Shown here: piece by piece, positions 1 through 13,967 of the stretch | Layout: each line of letters starts with the position of its first letter | How positions within the stretch are numbered: position 1 is the first letter of the stretch | Origin: Mobula hypostoma | Taxonomy: Eukaryota | Length of the DNA: 64,000 nt | Assembly (NCBI RefSeq): GCF_963921235.1 | Contig: NC_086118.1 | Location: forward strand, 25,422,001-25,486,000 | Direction: 5' to 3' | Notes under the pieces: generated by a model | Seen by the model: only the letters and a program-made list of their open reading frames with translations | What the model was told of the DNA's origin: nothing | Databases searched by the model: none | Position numbers and translations under genes: made by a program

Positions 1-241
1 AGATATATCTATTTAATGTCTGATATAAGCTACATTCATTATGTCCTTGCATGTTGTGGTTACTTGTAAACTGCATCTTTTATAGGTCTGATTTTCATTT
101 GTCAAGGAACCTTTGTGTCCTTGAAATTTTACTCTTCCAACATTATAAGAATGTTGATGACTCATTAAAAATAAATCTATTGGAACAATTTCCTATCTTT
201 TTGAAAATCCACAACTTTGTTGTTTACTTCACGTAGGCACT

Positions 242-482
242 AGGAAATCTGCAGATGCTGGAATTTCAAGCAACACACATAAAAGTTGCTGGTGAACACA
301 GCAGGCCAGGCAGCATCTCTAGGAAGTGGTACAGTCGACGTTTCGGGCCGAGACCCTCAAATCTCTTACTAGCTCTTCTTTCATTTAGTCCTGACGAAGG
401 GTGTCGGCCCGAAACGTCGACTGTACCACTTCCTAGAGATGCTGCCTGGCCTGTTGCGTTCACCAGCAACTTTTATGTTTGT
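242..482. mobile_element. Penelope-like element terminal-repeat fragments in inverted arrangement
   Basis: Arms 242-357 (-) and 358-482 (+) are reverse complements over ~85 nt and match the 3' end of the PLE at 32605-34624. Confidence 0.85.
387..422 (+). ncRNA. Minimal hammerhead ribozyme motif
   Basis: AGTC-CTGACGA-AGGGTGTCGGCCC-GAAA-CG-TC-GACT; intact core. Confidence 0.72.
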
Positions 483-1120
483 TGTTTACTTTCCATTTTT
501 TGTTTGCTTTTTAGCATAATTTGCATCATTAATAACGGCATTTTAATAGAAAATACCAGTCCTAAATGGTTTCAGTAAAATAGCAGATTGCAATTAGTAC
601 ATTAAACCAGTGTATCACCAAAACATGATAGATTTCTCTTTTCACCAAATAATAATGGTGAATATGGAAATTAAACACTTTATGGCCCTTGCTTAGTTTC
701 AGTGTGTTTGTTCTTGTGTCCTGCAGTATTCAATATATATAAAAAAAGCACTCTTTAAACTGCTTGAGAGTGGTTCATCTGCTCACAACAACCAAGGCTT
801 GTTCAATAATTTATCTTATCTTGTATAATTTGGACAGCATGGTCATTGGATGCATTGCTTTGACCTGCTTAGAATCAGGATGTTTTAAAGAGCTTCCACC
901 CAGAAGAGCCATATGTTCACATATGAACTAAAAAATACAAACTTATGAAGCTTTTTAAAATTGAGAGGAAAACTGTAAAATATACATTTAAAAATGAACT
1001 GGCATAGATATCAAGATTATAATGTTGAGAAGATACTCAATTAATAAACTGATTTTTTTTTCAGTTAAAACTGGTCACTAGAGAGTATAAAACACTTGAA
1101 GTTGCTTGAATGAAACAACC

Positions 1121-2115
1121 GTCCTCACCTACCACCCCACCAGCCTCCAGGTCCAACATATTATTCTCCATAACTTCCACCACCTCTAACGGGATCCAAC
1201 CACTAAGCACATCTCCCCCCCCCCGCCTGCTTTCCGCAGGGATCGCTCCCTACGCGACTCCCTTGTCCATTCGTTCCCCCCCCCCAATCCCTCCCCACTG
1301 ATCTCTCTCCTGGCACTTATCCTTGTAAACGGATCAAGTGCTACACATGCCCTTACTCTTCCTCCCTTACCACCATTCAGGGCCCCAAACAGTCCTTCCA
1401 GGTGAGGTAACACTTCACCTGTGAGTCGGCTGGGGTGATATACTGCGTCCGGTGCTCCCGATGTGGCCTCCTATATATTGGCGAGACCCGACACAGACTG
1501 GGAGACCGCATTGCTGAACGCCTACGTTCTGTCCACCAGAGAAAGCAGGATCTCCCAGTGGCCACACATTTTAATTCCACATCCCATTCCCATTCTGACA
1601 TGTCTATCCATGGCCTGCTCTACTGTAAAGATGAAGCCACACTCAGCTTGGAGGAACAACACCTTATATTCCGTCTGGGTAGCCTCCAACCTGATGGCAT
1701 GAACATCGACTTCTCTAACTACCGCTAATGCCCCACCTCCCCCTTGTACCCCATCTGTTTATTTTTATACACACATTCTTTCTCTCACTCTCCTTTTTCT
1801 CCCTCTGTCCCTCTGACTATACCCCTTGCCCATCCTCTGGGTTCCCCCCACCTTGTCTTTCTCCCCGGGCCTCCTGTCCCATGATCCTCTCATATCCCCT
1901 TTGCCAATCACCTGCCCAGCTCTTGGCTCCATCCCTCCCCCTCCTGTCTTCTCCTATCATTTTGGATCTCCCCCTCCCCCTCCCACTTTCAAATCTCTTA
2001 CTAACTTTTCCTTCAGTTAGTCCTGACGAAGGGTCTCGGCCTGAAACGTCGACTGTACCTCTTCCTAGAGATGCTGCCTGGCCTGCTGCGTTCATCAGCA
2101 ACTTTGATGTGCGTT
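1121..2115 (+). mobile_element. 5'-truncated Penelope-like element (GIY-YIG region plus terminal repeat)
   Basis: ORF 1435-1728 IYCVRCSRCGLLYIGET...EQHLIFRLGSLQPDGMNIDF; highly similar to 33619-34620. Confidence 0.9.
2019..2054 (+). ncRNA. Minimal type-I hammerhead ribozyme motif in PLE terminal repeat
   Basis: AGTC-CTGACGA-AGGGTCTCGGCCT-GAAA-CG-TC-GACT: stem I AGTC/GACT, conserved CUGANGA and GAAA boxes, short stem II, GUC cleavage triplet. Confidence 0.75.
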
Positions 2116-2946
2116 ACCTAAATACTTTCTCCACATCCTGCTATTTTCCTTTGTTTCAAGGTCAGACTCTTAATCTGAACTTACATTGTTTTTCTCTTCT
2201 CTTTCCTTTTGGTCTCTGCAAATTCATATTGTCTGGGTGTTCCCCGATTTCTGCTCTTGACATCCACAGCGGCAGGTATTTTTGTGGATTTATTTGTCAC
2301 CCCATTATTTCACCCTTTCTCAAATCTGCTGGCATTTGTATCCTCTGGAAATAATGCTCTTGACCTTCCTGTTCTCATACACCACCACCAGTTCTCTGAC
2401 CTCCCATTCCCTACCAAATTGCTACAAAGCCTTACTTCCACTACTGAAATATGAGCTTGCCTTTTCCACAATCTCCGTGTTTGGATGGCTGCAGTCATAG
2501 TTTTGTGCCAATTACAGGAATGAAATGGCCCTAGTGAAAAACACAATTTGAATCTACCAATCCTCCTTGTCCTTTGTTGTTTCTGCAGCGCTTGGCTTGG
2601 CAGGTCACTGTAGTCATCCAGTCAAGTGGCAGTTCTCTTAGCTAGTTCTGCTTTTATAGATTTGATCAGAGTCCGATAATCTTTGTTTTAGGGGAATAGA
2701 AGATTATGGAGAAATAGACAAGTTGCTTATAAGCCAGGTATCTGGTGTTCTATTCAATTGAGAAAGTAGTTTAACGAGCTGCTGCTTTGATTTATTACTA
2801 GTATAACAATACTTATACTAAAGTCATCTCTTCACTCCTTTTGTCTGGTGTTACTCTTTGGTTTGTTTCTGTGGTACATCTTAACTGTTTTCTACATTAA
2901 AAGTGCTGTATAAAATGGTGATCAGTACTTTTTGTCAATTAAATTT

Positions 2947-3259
2947 ACATAGAAACATAGAAAATAGGTGCAGGAGTAGGCCATTCGGCCCTTCGAGCCT
3001 GCACCGCCATTCAGTATGATCATGGCTGATCATCCAACTCAGAACCCTGTACCAGCCTTCCCTCCATACCCCCTGATCTCTTTAGCCACAAGGGCCATAT
3101 CTAACTCCCTCTTAAATATAGCCAATGAACTGGCCTCAACTGTTTCATGTGGCAGAGAATTCCACAGATTCATCACTCTCTGTGTGAAGAAGTTTTTCCT
3201 CATCTTGGTCCTAAAAGGCTTCCCCTTTATCCTCAAACTGTGACCCCTCGTTCTGGACT
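2947..3259 (-). mobile_element. CR1 LINE 3' fragment
   Basis: Encodes RIKGKPFRTKMRKNFFTQRVMNLWNSLP; (TTTCTATG)n tail; related to 21850-22135. Confidence 0.9.
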
Positions 3260-3662
3260 GTGTTTAGTTGGGGATCTGTCTACCACACTTTGATCATGAC
3301 ATTCTGATTATGTTAAGAACAATGTTTGAAATGCCAAGAGGTCACATACTCTATAACAATTAACTTACTCCTTAAAGTCTATTCACCATTTTAAAAATTC
3401 TATTACAGTTCCGATCTGCCAAGTTCCACTTGCATGATTGCAGTTCCAACAACAATAAGGAAACTTGATAGTACATAGGGGACAGCTGCCTGTTTGATGA
3501 TTACTACTAGTACATCTCAGTTGTAATGTGTACTCTTCATATGATACCTGCTAAAACCTATGTCAACTTACAAAACGATAACCACTGTTCTGTTGGAGTA
3601 TAAAGACAAGACACCTGGAAACAAAGACACATTCTTCAATATACCTTTTTGCTCTGGAAATA

Positions 3663-5060
3663 CAGTGCCTACAAAAAGTATTCACCCCTAATGGAAGTTT
3701 TCATATTTTATTGTTTTACAACATTGAATCACAATGGATTTAATTTGGTCTCTATAAGCTTGGCAGATCTGACACTGCAATTTTCTCCCATTCCTCTTTA
3801 CTCAAGGTCTGTGTCAGATTGCGTGGGGCATGAACAGCCTTTTCAAGTCCAGCCACAAATTCTCAATTGGATTAAGGTCTGGGCTCTGACTTGGCCACTC
3901 CAGGACATTAACTTTGTTGTTTTTAAGCCATTCCTGAGTAGCTTTAGCTTTACGCTTGGGGTCATTGTCTTTTGCTGGAAAACAAATCTTCTCCCAGGTT
4001 TCAGTTCTGTTGCAGAGTGCATCAGGTTTTCCTACATTCATTTTACCCTCTACTTTCACAAGCCTTCGGCAGCAGTGCAGCAGCCCCACAGCATGATGCA
4101 GCCACCACCATGCTTCACAGTAGGGATGGTGTGTTTCTGATGATATACAGTGTTTGGCTTATGCCAAACATATAGTTTAGTCATATGGCCAAAAAGCCTA
4201 ATTTTGGTTTCATCAAACCATAGAACCTTCTTCCAGCTGACTTTGGAATCTGCCGTATACCTTCTGGTAAACTGTAGCCGAGATTTCATGTGAGTTTTTT
4301 TTTTAAACAGCTTTCTCTTTGCCACTCTCCCATAAAGCTGCAATTGGTGATGCACTTGGGCAACAGTTGTTGTATGCACAGTCTCCTGTCTCAGCCACTG
4401 AAATGTAACACTTCCAGAGTTGTCATGGGTCTCTTGGTGGCCTCCCTCACTAGTCCCCTTCTTGCACAGTCACTCTGTTTTTTAGGACGGCCTGCTCTAG
4501 CTAGATTTACAGTTTTGCCATATTCTTTCCATTTCTTGATGATTGACTTAACTGTACTCCAAGGGATGTTCTGAGACTTGGAAATTTTCTTGTATCTATC
4601 TCCTAACTTGTGCTTTCCAATAACCTTTTTGCGGAGTTGCTTAGAGTGTTCTTTTGCCTTCATGGTGTAGCTTTTGCCAGGATACTGACTCACCAACAGC
4701 TGGACCTTCCAAATACTGATGTATTTTTACTACAATCAATTGAAGCACCTTGACTGCACACAGGTTTTCAAAAACTGATCCCCATTTAACTTATTATGTG
4801 ACTTCTTAAAACCAATTGGCTGCGCCAATGATGGTTTAGTTTGTCATATTAAAGGGGGTGAATACTTATACAATCAATTATTTTGTGTTTTATATTTGTC
4901 ATTAATTTAGATCACTTTTGTAGAGATCTGTTTTCACTTTGATACAAAGGAGTCTTTTTTCTGTTGATTAGTATCAAAAAAAAGCCAAATTAAATCCACT
5001 CTGATTCAATGTTGTAAAACAATAAAACATGAAAACTTCTGGGGGGATGAATATAGGCAT
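3663..5060 (-). mobile_element. Degenerate Tc1/mariner DNA transposon
   Basis: TA|CAGTGCCT terminus; long TIRs (3663-3749 vs 4984-5060); inner direct repeat GGGGTGAATACTT near 4855; broken transposase with HTH/GRPKK, VLWFDETKI and [15 protein letters not shown] motifs. Confidence 0.92.
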
Positions 5061-5376
5061 GGGATGTAATCAATTATTCATTGTTGCTAACTCAGAATTT
5101 TGAAACTTTCTGACCCATTTTCTTAACATAAGATAAAAATTAATGTATGTTACTAAAATATATTTTATGATGAGGATGTTTGGGGTTCAATTCATTTATT
5201 TTTAAGACCTTTTGAGAATAATTCTTACCTGTTAAAAGAAAGGGTTAACATTGTACAATTTTTTCTTCCATTTTAATTGCTACATGAAGTTTGTTTTATT
5301 TAATAACCTTCATCACATTATGCTGATATGGAGCAGTGAAACACTCCATCTATTTTTTATAGATTTAACATGTTAA

Positions 5377-5571
<195 letters not shown>

Positions 5572-7265
5572 TAAGTTTGTGTGATAATAAAAATTATAAA
5601 CTGATGTCCAGTGAACTTTTTCTGCTTTTGTTCTTGCAAAGGGTTGTGATTACTTGAAGTTTAACTGTACATGAATACCCACGAATACAGCCAAACAAAA
5701 TGGTGTTACTCCAGGGCCAAGTTGCAAAACCAAGTGCTAACACTCACAAGCCAGACGTAGCACATATAAGATGGCAGTAAAATACAGTCACACAGGAAAA
5801 AAAATTAGTCCAAGTCCTTGTGTCCACAAATGTTGCAGCAGTCATTTTTTTTTAATCAAAGTGGAGAAATAACTATGGAACTTGTTTTTAGTATAATTAT
5901 TTAATTTTATTTAAGAATAATTTCACATTGCTGTTATCCTTTATATGATGACATACAACATGAAAGCAAATTTGTTCTTATTTCTTACTGGCTGCTCTTC
6001 ATCTCTTGTTCTGTCTTGTTTGATTATCCCTCAAGTTGATTATCGACAAAGATGTTGACTGCCTACATTAAATTCAAAAATTTCACTGCAAGAGCTCTCG
6101 GGACCTGTGGGGAAATATGATGTCCATAAGACCATAAGAGATGGGAGCAGAATTAGGCCATTTAGCCCATCGAGTCTGCTCTGTCATTTCATCACGGCTG
6201 ATCCATTTTTCCTCAGCCCCAATGTTCTTCCTTAAATATATGTAAAAACTTGGCTTCCACAGCTGCCTGTGACAATGAATTCGACATGCCAATACATGTG
6301 CTGGTTGCATTTGGAACTGCAGCTGCTAGACATCAATTTTAATTTAGTGGAAGATCAATAACCAGATTTTGGTGCAGAACTTGGAAAAGGACTAGTGGGA
6401 CCAAACAAAGAAGCAGATAGTGTGCCTCCCCCCACTGCTCCGAGATACTGCACTTTATTATCAAAGCAATAGTGCATAAAGGCAATATTACCTACATTCA
6501 GTCCTAAAAATATTTGGGTTATTCCTTCCTGTTGACCCTCCCCAATATTTGTAGATGCACCACATAAACCATCATATCTGATGCATCACAGCTCTGCCCA
6601 AGACTGGAATAAATTGCAGAATTGTGAATAATTCCTAATCTATCACAAAAACTGGCTCTACTGACTTTATCTACACTTCCTACTACCTTGATGAGGTAGG
6701 GGGGAGTGGGGGAGAGCCACTGTAAACAAAGATCACTACCCCCCCGCCCCCCAACTTGGGTCATTCTGTTTTTTTCTCCCTTTCCATCAAGCAGAAGATA
6801 GCTAAGCTTGAAAACTGACATCACCAGGCCCAAGAGCAGCTTCTATCCTGCTGTTATAAGACTCAAACAGATTTCTTGTTTGATAAACATTAACTTTTCA
6901 TTTCTTGCTCTATCTCTTTGTAGTGTTGTTTCTTGTCTATCTGCAATGCACATTCCTGCAACTGTAACTTGCACGATATTCTGTATTTTGTTACTGCTTT
7001 TCCCTTTATACTACCTCAATGTACCTGTGCTTGAAATGATCAGTCTGGATGAACAATTTTTTTTACTGTACCTTGGTACATGTGCCAATAAACCAATTGT
7101 CTATTGCTTGTTAGTGTAAAGTATAAGCTAGTTATTTTGATGTTTGGTCCAGTAGTACAAAAGTAAACATTAATAACCAAGTGGCAATATAAAATTCAAA
7201 TTGTCAATTATTCTTTAGTGCAACAATGAAACCTTTGCTTAGCTGCAGTTTTGTGAATATTTTAG

Positions 7266-7436
7266 ATCTGCGACAAGAGTTAGCAGTACGAGAAAGGCAG
7301 GAAGTAACAAGAAAATCTGCCCCTAGTTCACCGACGTTGGAGTGTGAGAAAATGGACACTGCTGTTCAAGCTTCGCTCTCTCTCCCAGCTACACCTGTAG
7401 GAAGAACAGCAGACAACGGTTTTACGTCGCCCAAAG
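7266..7436 (+). CDS. NDEL1: NDEL1 internal coding exon
   Basis: tttag|AT...AAAG|gtatgt; encodes [57 protein letters not shown]; phase matches both neighbours. Confidence 0.97.
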
Positions 7437-8982
7437 GTATGTGACTATTTCTAGTAATTACCAGAACTACTTTTGAGCTTCTGTGTACACGTGTAGGTAT
7501 AGATTGCTTGTTATGTTAGCAATGAACTGGCATATGTCTAAGACAACTGCCAATTCAACTCAGTAGGCTTTTGATAAAATTAAATTGCTCAAATAGTTAT
7601 TTGATACAGACCATAAACCCATCCACTCACATCTTTTGAAGTTAGGTGGCCAAGTTGAAGATAGAAAATCTGCACGAATGAGATTACTTCAGTGTCAATA
7701 CTTGAGAATCTCGAAGGCACTTTCTTATGGATTTTTATGCTCCTGTGCATATGCATTCACCAGTTTCACAAACCATTTCCAGTTTTGTGTTATGCATTGA
7801 ACAAAATATTGTTTAAATTGCCTTGCTCTGCAAGCTTATAAATTTCAATATTAGTAGATGATTAAGCTTTTTCATGAGCACAATGCTAATACAATGAAAA
7901 TTTTGTAAATGCAGCTAGATCGGCTTGACAATGTTTAAGATCATATACTGTATGTTGACACTTAAAATAATGTTCAAAGTGTGTATTGAGATGAGCAGAG
8001 ATGGCAAATGTATTGACATTTTGGTGAAGCAGTTTATATCTGCTTGATCTATGTGCTTTAGCTGCTCATGAACAATCAACTCTTAAGGCAAGATATGTAA
8101 TCAATCAATGTCAAATCCCCATGTTTAAAGTTGTACATTCTGGTGGGATTTCAGTTTTAAATACAGTTGATCATCCAGATGTTTATTCCCGTTACGTTTG
8201 CACTTTCATATTGCCAAATTCAAAACCTGCTATGAACCAGCACAGTTGTCCAGCATTTTAGAATCAGAAAAGGGTTTATTATGACTGACAAATAGTGAAG
8301 TTTGTTGTTTTGTGGCAGCAGTGCATTACGATAAGAAATAAAATAAAGAGGAATAGTGAGGGTAGTGTTCAAGGATACTTCAGAAGGTGGAGAGAGAAGA
8401 AGTTGTCATTAAAACACTGAGAGTGCATCTTGAAGGAAAGCAAGTTTAAAAATAAATAGTGCCCAAATACAACTATGGACGAACTCACCTTTTTGGTGTA
8501 GAAAATATAAGACCAAATTTGAAAGCAGAACAATGGAATGGATTGGACTCTAAGATTGATTTTTCTCTCTCCAGTATAATCCAGAAAACGATGTAAAATT
8601 GAAGCTTCGCATATAGGTACCACACTGTTGAGAGGGTGTGGTTATGGTGAATCAAGTCTAAACACACAATCCTGGAAACACTGCACATTATGTCCTTTTG
8701 TGCCGGTGACTGGTATTCATCAATAAACCTTAAATACATAACTTGGTGTAATGAAAGTGCACTTCCTTAAGTCAGATTCTGGTCATCTAGTGGGATGCTA
8801 ACTCATGAAATTCTGATTTAGTGCACAACCAGGGCTCATTACCTCAGTAATAATGAAATGATTTGTGAATTTTATTTCCAGTTATCTTCTCTTTAAAATT
8901 TGGTATGTTAATTTCTAGTCATCATCTTTTTAAAACGAACATGATACATGTGGTTGTGCTGTAGTTTCAATTCAATATCTAA

Positions 8983-9144
<162 letters not shown>

Positions 9145-10619
9145 TAGAATTTGCCCTATAGACTTACATAATTAGTATGTCTATTAAAAAAACAGTAAAG
9201 GCTCTATATCACTGCTCAAAGAAAATATGTATTTTATGTGCAGCCAGCTGTACTAAAATTTGCTGGTTTTTCACTTTTTTTGTTTCTAGGAAACTTAGTA
9301 GAGAATTTTCATTATTTTCTGTTTTTATCATTTTACTTAAATGGTTCAATTTAATAACAGAATATATACACTATACAATCTGAAATTCTTATACTTCATA
9401 GTGACACATCGACGAAACAAGAAACCCCAGCGAATGAAACATAGCAAAATCAGAACCCCAAAGCCCCCCTCCCCCTCCCATGCACAAGCAGCAGCAGAAG
9501 CAACAACCCTCCCCCCATAGTTCAAGCAATAGCAAAAGCCCCCAAAGAGACCTTGATCTAGAGTTGATCAGTCCATAACCAAGTATAACCTAGATTCTTG
9601 ATGACATTTCATAAAGTAATTCATTAGCTGTGCAGTAATCCCTCAATTTGGATAAGAAATATATTTCTGTAAAATTGTAAGCAAAGTTTGTAAATCAAGA
9701 AATATATTTTGGTGCAGCACATTCCTATGTGAGGAATATGGCCAGCGATTCATTTCAACAAAAAGTATATAAATGAAGATAAAGAGACAATGGTGTTATA
9801 GTGAAAATTCATACAGTAAGCATTCATAGATTCAACAATTGGGTAAATTTCTCTTGGCAGTAAATTGCAGTTTTTATTATATTAAAAGTAATTACGTTTT
9901 GTTTTAAAAGATGATCAACAATTTGATGACGTGTTCTATAAATACAAGTTATCGTGAGATGTAGAACGCAACAAATCCTACAAACCAATTTACTGGTGTA
10001 GTAAATGTAACTATGTATTTTGATGCATATTTTGTGAATGATATTTGGGAAGAGAGCACTATGGTTATTTTAAGCTAAGGAAGGACAGAAAATTAATGTT
10101 TCCTGTTCATCAGTGACTTCTGCACATTGTGTAAAACTTAGCTGAATGTCAAGGTTAACTGCCATTCAGTTTGTAGAGGATGAATGGAAAAATATTGCTA
10201 ATGCCCATGAACTTGTGCCATAAAAAGATTCATTATTAGGAGAGAGATAAGGCATGGGAAATGAACTAATTTTCTGCCTAGAAAAGGCATGTTCTAATTT
10301 GTCATTTGGGAAGCTCTCTGTATTTGCATTTTTAAAAAATTCTTTGACCAACTTACTTTTGTAGTTGAGAATCGGAGCTGATTTTAAGAAAGATTTGAAT
10401 TGTGTTTAAGCACAAAAGCCTTGCATTCTTTCCTGTTTACTTTCTTGTTTTTCAATTGTTTTCTAGGTTGAAAGAAACTAGCTTTTTTGGTGGGAGAAAG
10501 TGATGCATAGAGTTGGGTGGCAGGAGGTTTATGAGTCTTTGGTTAATGGAAAATGAATGTTTTTATTTGTAAAGCTGTTCTGCAGTTTCCTTGCTAACTA
10601 ATCTATAAAAAAATTTCAG

Positions 10620-10771
10620 GCCTTAGAATCAAAATTAGCAGCATGCAGAAATTTTGCAAAGGACCAAGCGACGCGAAAAAGTTACAGTTCAGGGAATGGC
10701 ATTGGCGCCTCTACTATGGTCAACAATGCAAAGTTTTCAAATTCAGGTCTTGCAACATACTTTGACAAAGG
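10620..10771 (+). CDS. NDEL1: NDEL1 internal coding exon
   Basis: tttcag|GCC...AAAGG|gtaagt; encodes ALESKLAACRNFAKDQATRKSYSSGNGIGASTMVNNAKFSNSGLATYFDK(G); 152 bp. Confidence 0.96.
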
Positions 10772-11183
10772 GTAAGTATTTACGATTAATCAACATATAA
10801 CATAGCTATTCCAGTTAGTAAATCCAATAATGTTGAAGCTTTCCTAGGCTCTGCCGCTCATCGATATATCAGTGTAGAAGAATCGCTAAAGAACCAGAGG
10901 GATGTGTTTAAACTTGATAAAGCAAATTATTATGATATTTAGTGTAATGCCTGAAAGGGAGACATAAACAGAGTCAATGATAACTTGGGGGAAAAAAAGA
11001 AAAGAAATTATAAGTGTTTATGGAAGGAAGGGGACAGTGGTACCAATTGAAAGCTGTTTCTAAGATTGACACCAACTCTACTTTGCAGTCAGGTAGCATC
11101 CATGGAAAGAGATTCAGAAGTAATGTTTTAGGTCAAAGAGCCTGTGACTGGAGAAGAGAGAAAACAGATTAATTTAAAGTTAA

Positions 11184-12310
11184 ACACAAGCAATTCTGCA
11201 GATGCTGGAAATCCAAAGCAATACACTCAAAGTGCTGGAGGAACTCAGCTGGTTAGACAGCATCAATGGAAATGAATAAACAGTCGATGTTTCGGGTCGA
11301 GTCCCTTCTTCAGGACTGGAAAGGAAGAGGGAAGGCGCCAGAATTAAAAGAGGTGGGGGGAGGAGGAGGACTAACTAGAAAGTGATAGGTGAAGCCAGGT
11401 GGGTGGGAAAGATAAAGGCCTGGAGAAGAAGGAATCTGATACGAGAGAAGAGTGGACCAGGCAGAGAGAATCTGTGGAATTCTCTGCCACAGGAAACAGT
11501 TGAGGCCAGTTCATTGGCTATATTTAAGAGGGAGTTAGATATGGCCCTTGTGGCTACAGGGATCAGGGGGTATGGAAGGAAGGCTGGGGCGGGGTTCTGA
11601 GTTGGATGATCAGCCATGATCATAATAAATGGCGGTGCAGGCTCGAAGGGCCGAATGGCCTACTCCTGCACCTATTTTCTATGTTTCTATGAAAGAAGGA
11701 GGGGCACCAGGGGTAGCTGATAGGCAGGTAAGGCAAGAGGCCAGAGTGAGGAATAGAAGAAGGAAAGGGGAGGGGGGAAATTACTGGTGGAGGAATCTAT
11801 GTTCATGCCATCAGTATGGAGGCTATCTAGTAGGAATATGAGGTGCTACTCCTCCACATTGAGAATGGGCTCATTATGGCAAAGGAGGAGGCTGTGAACC
11901 GACATGTTGGAACAGGAATGGGGATAGCAATTAAAATGGTATGCCACTGGAAAATCCCACTTTTGGCAGATGGAATGGAGGTGCTTGACAAAGCGGTACC
12001 CCAGTTTGCATCACTTCTCGCATCGGAAGCTCCAGTAGATGACTCCAATAGATTTGCAGGTTGCCTCACCTGGAAGGACTGTTAGGAGCACTGAATGGAG
12101 GTGAGAGAGGAGGTAAATGGACAGTTGTAGCATTTCTGTCACTCTTAGGGATATGTGCCAGTATGGGAATAGAAAGATGCTATGAGAAAGGATAAGATTA
12201 GTGAATATGGAATAGCAGATCAGGGAGTCACAAAGCAAGCAATCCCTTTGGAATGCTGAAAGGGGAAGGATGAGGAAGGTGTGTCTAACAGTAGAATTTT
12301 GTTGGTATTG
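11184..12310 (-). mobile_element. Older Penelope-like element fragment, interrupted by a CR1 tail
   Basis: Reverse complement of the PLE GIY-YIG region and terminal repeat; hammerhead motif at 11281-11318 (CAGTC-CTGAAGA-AGGGACTCGACCC-GAAA-CA-TC-GACTG). Confidence 0.8.
11468..11690 (+). mobile_element. CR1 3' fragment nested in PLE
   Basis: Encodes NLWNSLPQETVEASSLAIFKRELD; TTTCTATG repeat tail. Confidence 0.9.
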
Positions 12311-13893
12311 GTAAACTTCCTCTTTTCCCACCAGACATGTTGCTTTTGACCTAATCAATAGTATGTAGATCAAATTGAATCTAACATAACAGCCCCCACA
12401 CCACTCCTAATAACATTTTGCCTCAAACTTGAAGTATTTAATGCACTTGGCACAATTTTATTTCCCCAACAAAAAATATAACAAGATTCTGATTTTAATG
12501 TTCCGTCACACAAATCTATGGAATAGATTTGACTTTTAGATATTACTGCCAAAAAATTAAAATACACATCCAGATACTGTGTAGAGCAGCAATAGCTAAC
12601 CAAAGATCTTTTAATCTATTAAAATCATTTGTGTTCTTTCTACATGTTCTAACAACTAACCAATTTGCATTGTAAGGTCTACTACTCGCCCACTTTAAAA
12701 CTCAGTAACACTTTGTTTTCCTCAATTTATCTGACTTGTCAAATCCAGACCAATGTTAGTAATAGGTTTAAAATTCTTAAAATTCTGAAAGTATGATCTC
12801 ATGAAACAGTCCATGGCTGATTACAGTAAGACTGTCTACTTAATATTCAAGGTTGGCCCATTAAGTAAAGAGTAATACTTGTACCATACAAGTGCAAATT
12901 TTGTTTTGACATTCAGTGACATTGCATTTACTTGGTCCCCTACTGGGCATCTCCATTGGCCAGAAAGAACTGGACTAGTCACATAAATAGTGTGGATCCA
13001 GAAGAAATTGGAGGAAAAAGGTATCCGATTAACATCCTGACATCCCAAAACCTTAATTCTATCTACATGGTGCAAGTTAGCATTGTGGTGGAATAACCTG
13101 CACTTGCTGAAAACTCTAGAATTGCATCAACCAGGACAAAGCAGCATACTTGGCTTGTCATCCATCCACTACTCTAAATGTGCATTCTCACCAGCACTAA
13201 TGCATTGTAGTTGCAGTGACATCTACAAAAAGCAGAAATTTGCTTGCCCTGGTTACTCATCTAGATGCCATTCGTCTAGAACAGTGGTTCCAAACCTTTT
13301 ATGCCTTGGACCCCTACCAATAACCATGGATGCCAGATTGGGAACATCTGATCTAGAAGGATGAGAATCTCAGGCACGTGTGAATGCCATGTTTCCTCTT
13401 CCGAGTTGTGCATACACCTGATCTGAAATTGGTTGCCATTCCTTCATTGTGATTGGGTTTAATTCTGTGAAGTCTCCTCCTCAACAGCACCATAGGAGTA
13501 CCTCCACCAGAAGGACCACAGTGGTTTATGAAGGTACCTTCTCAAGGAAACTGGGGATAGGGAATTGATGCTAGTCTTGCTGGTTTCACCTGCATCCTAA
13601 AAATGCCTTAGTCATAATTCTTCATCATAAATTTAAAGGATACTAATAGCAATAATTATGAAATTAAGAATTATCAAATTCTTCCACATTAAATAATATC
13701 CTGCAAATTAAAGTACCAGGTGTTTGTAATAATGAATTTTATTCTCAGTTCGTATTTTTTTCTAAATAGTTCCCCAACATTTGCCGCACCATTGCTGACC
13801 AAAGCATCCCATTATTTTGCAGTATGATTTGTTTGGCAGACAAATTTACTTTGGTTACATACTAAAATTACCTTAAGACACCTAGTAGCTGGT

Positions 13894-13967
13894 TGGCCTG
13901 CTGCGTTCACCAGCAACTTTGATGTATGTTGCTTGAATTTCCAGCATCTGCAGAATTCCTGTTGTTT
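13894..13967 (+). mobile_element. Short PLE 3' end fragment including the tail extension
   Basis: tggcctgctgcgttcaccagcaactttgatgtatgttgcttgaatttccagcatctgcagaattcctgttgttt matches the other PLE ends. Confidence 0.8.

Noticed and set aside
1728..2354. 208-aa Pro/Leu/Ser-rich ORF and similar ORFs at 255-578, 24089-24520, 24174-24569 and 34205-34700
   Set aside because: These are incidental frames across the pyrimidine-rich PLE terminal repeat. The recurring peptide SPDEGSRPETST is only the translated hammerhead motif.
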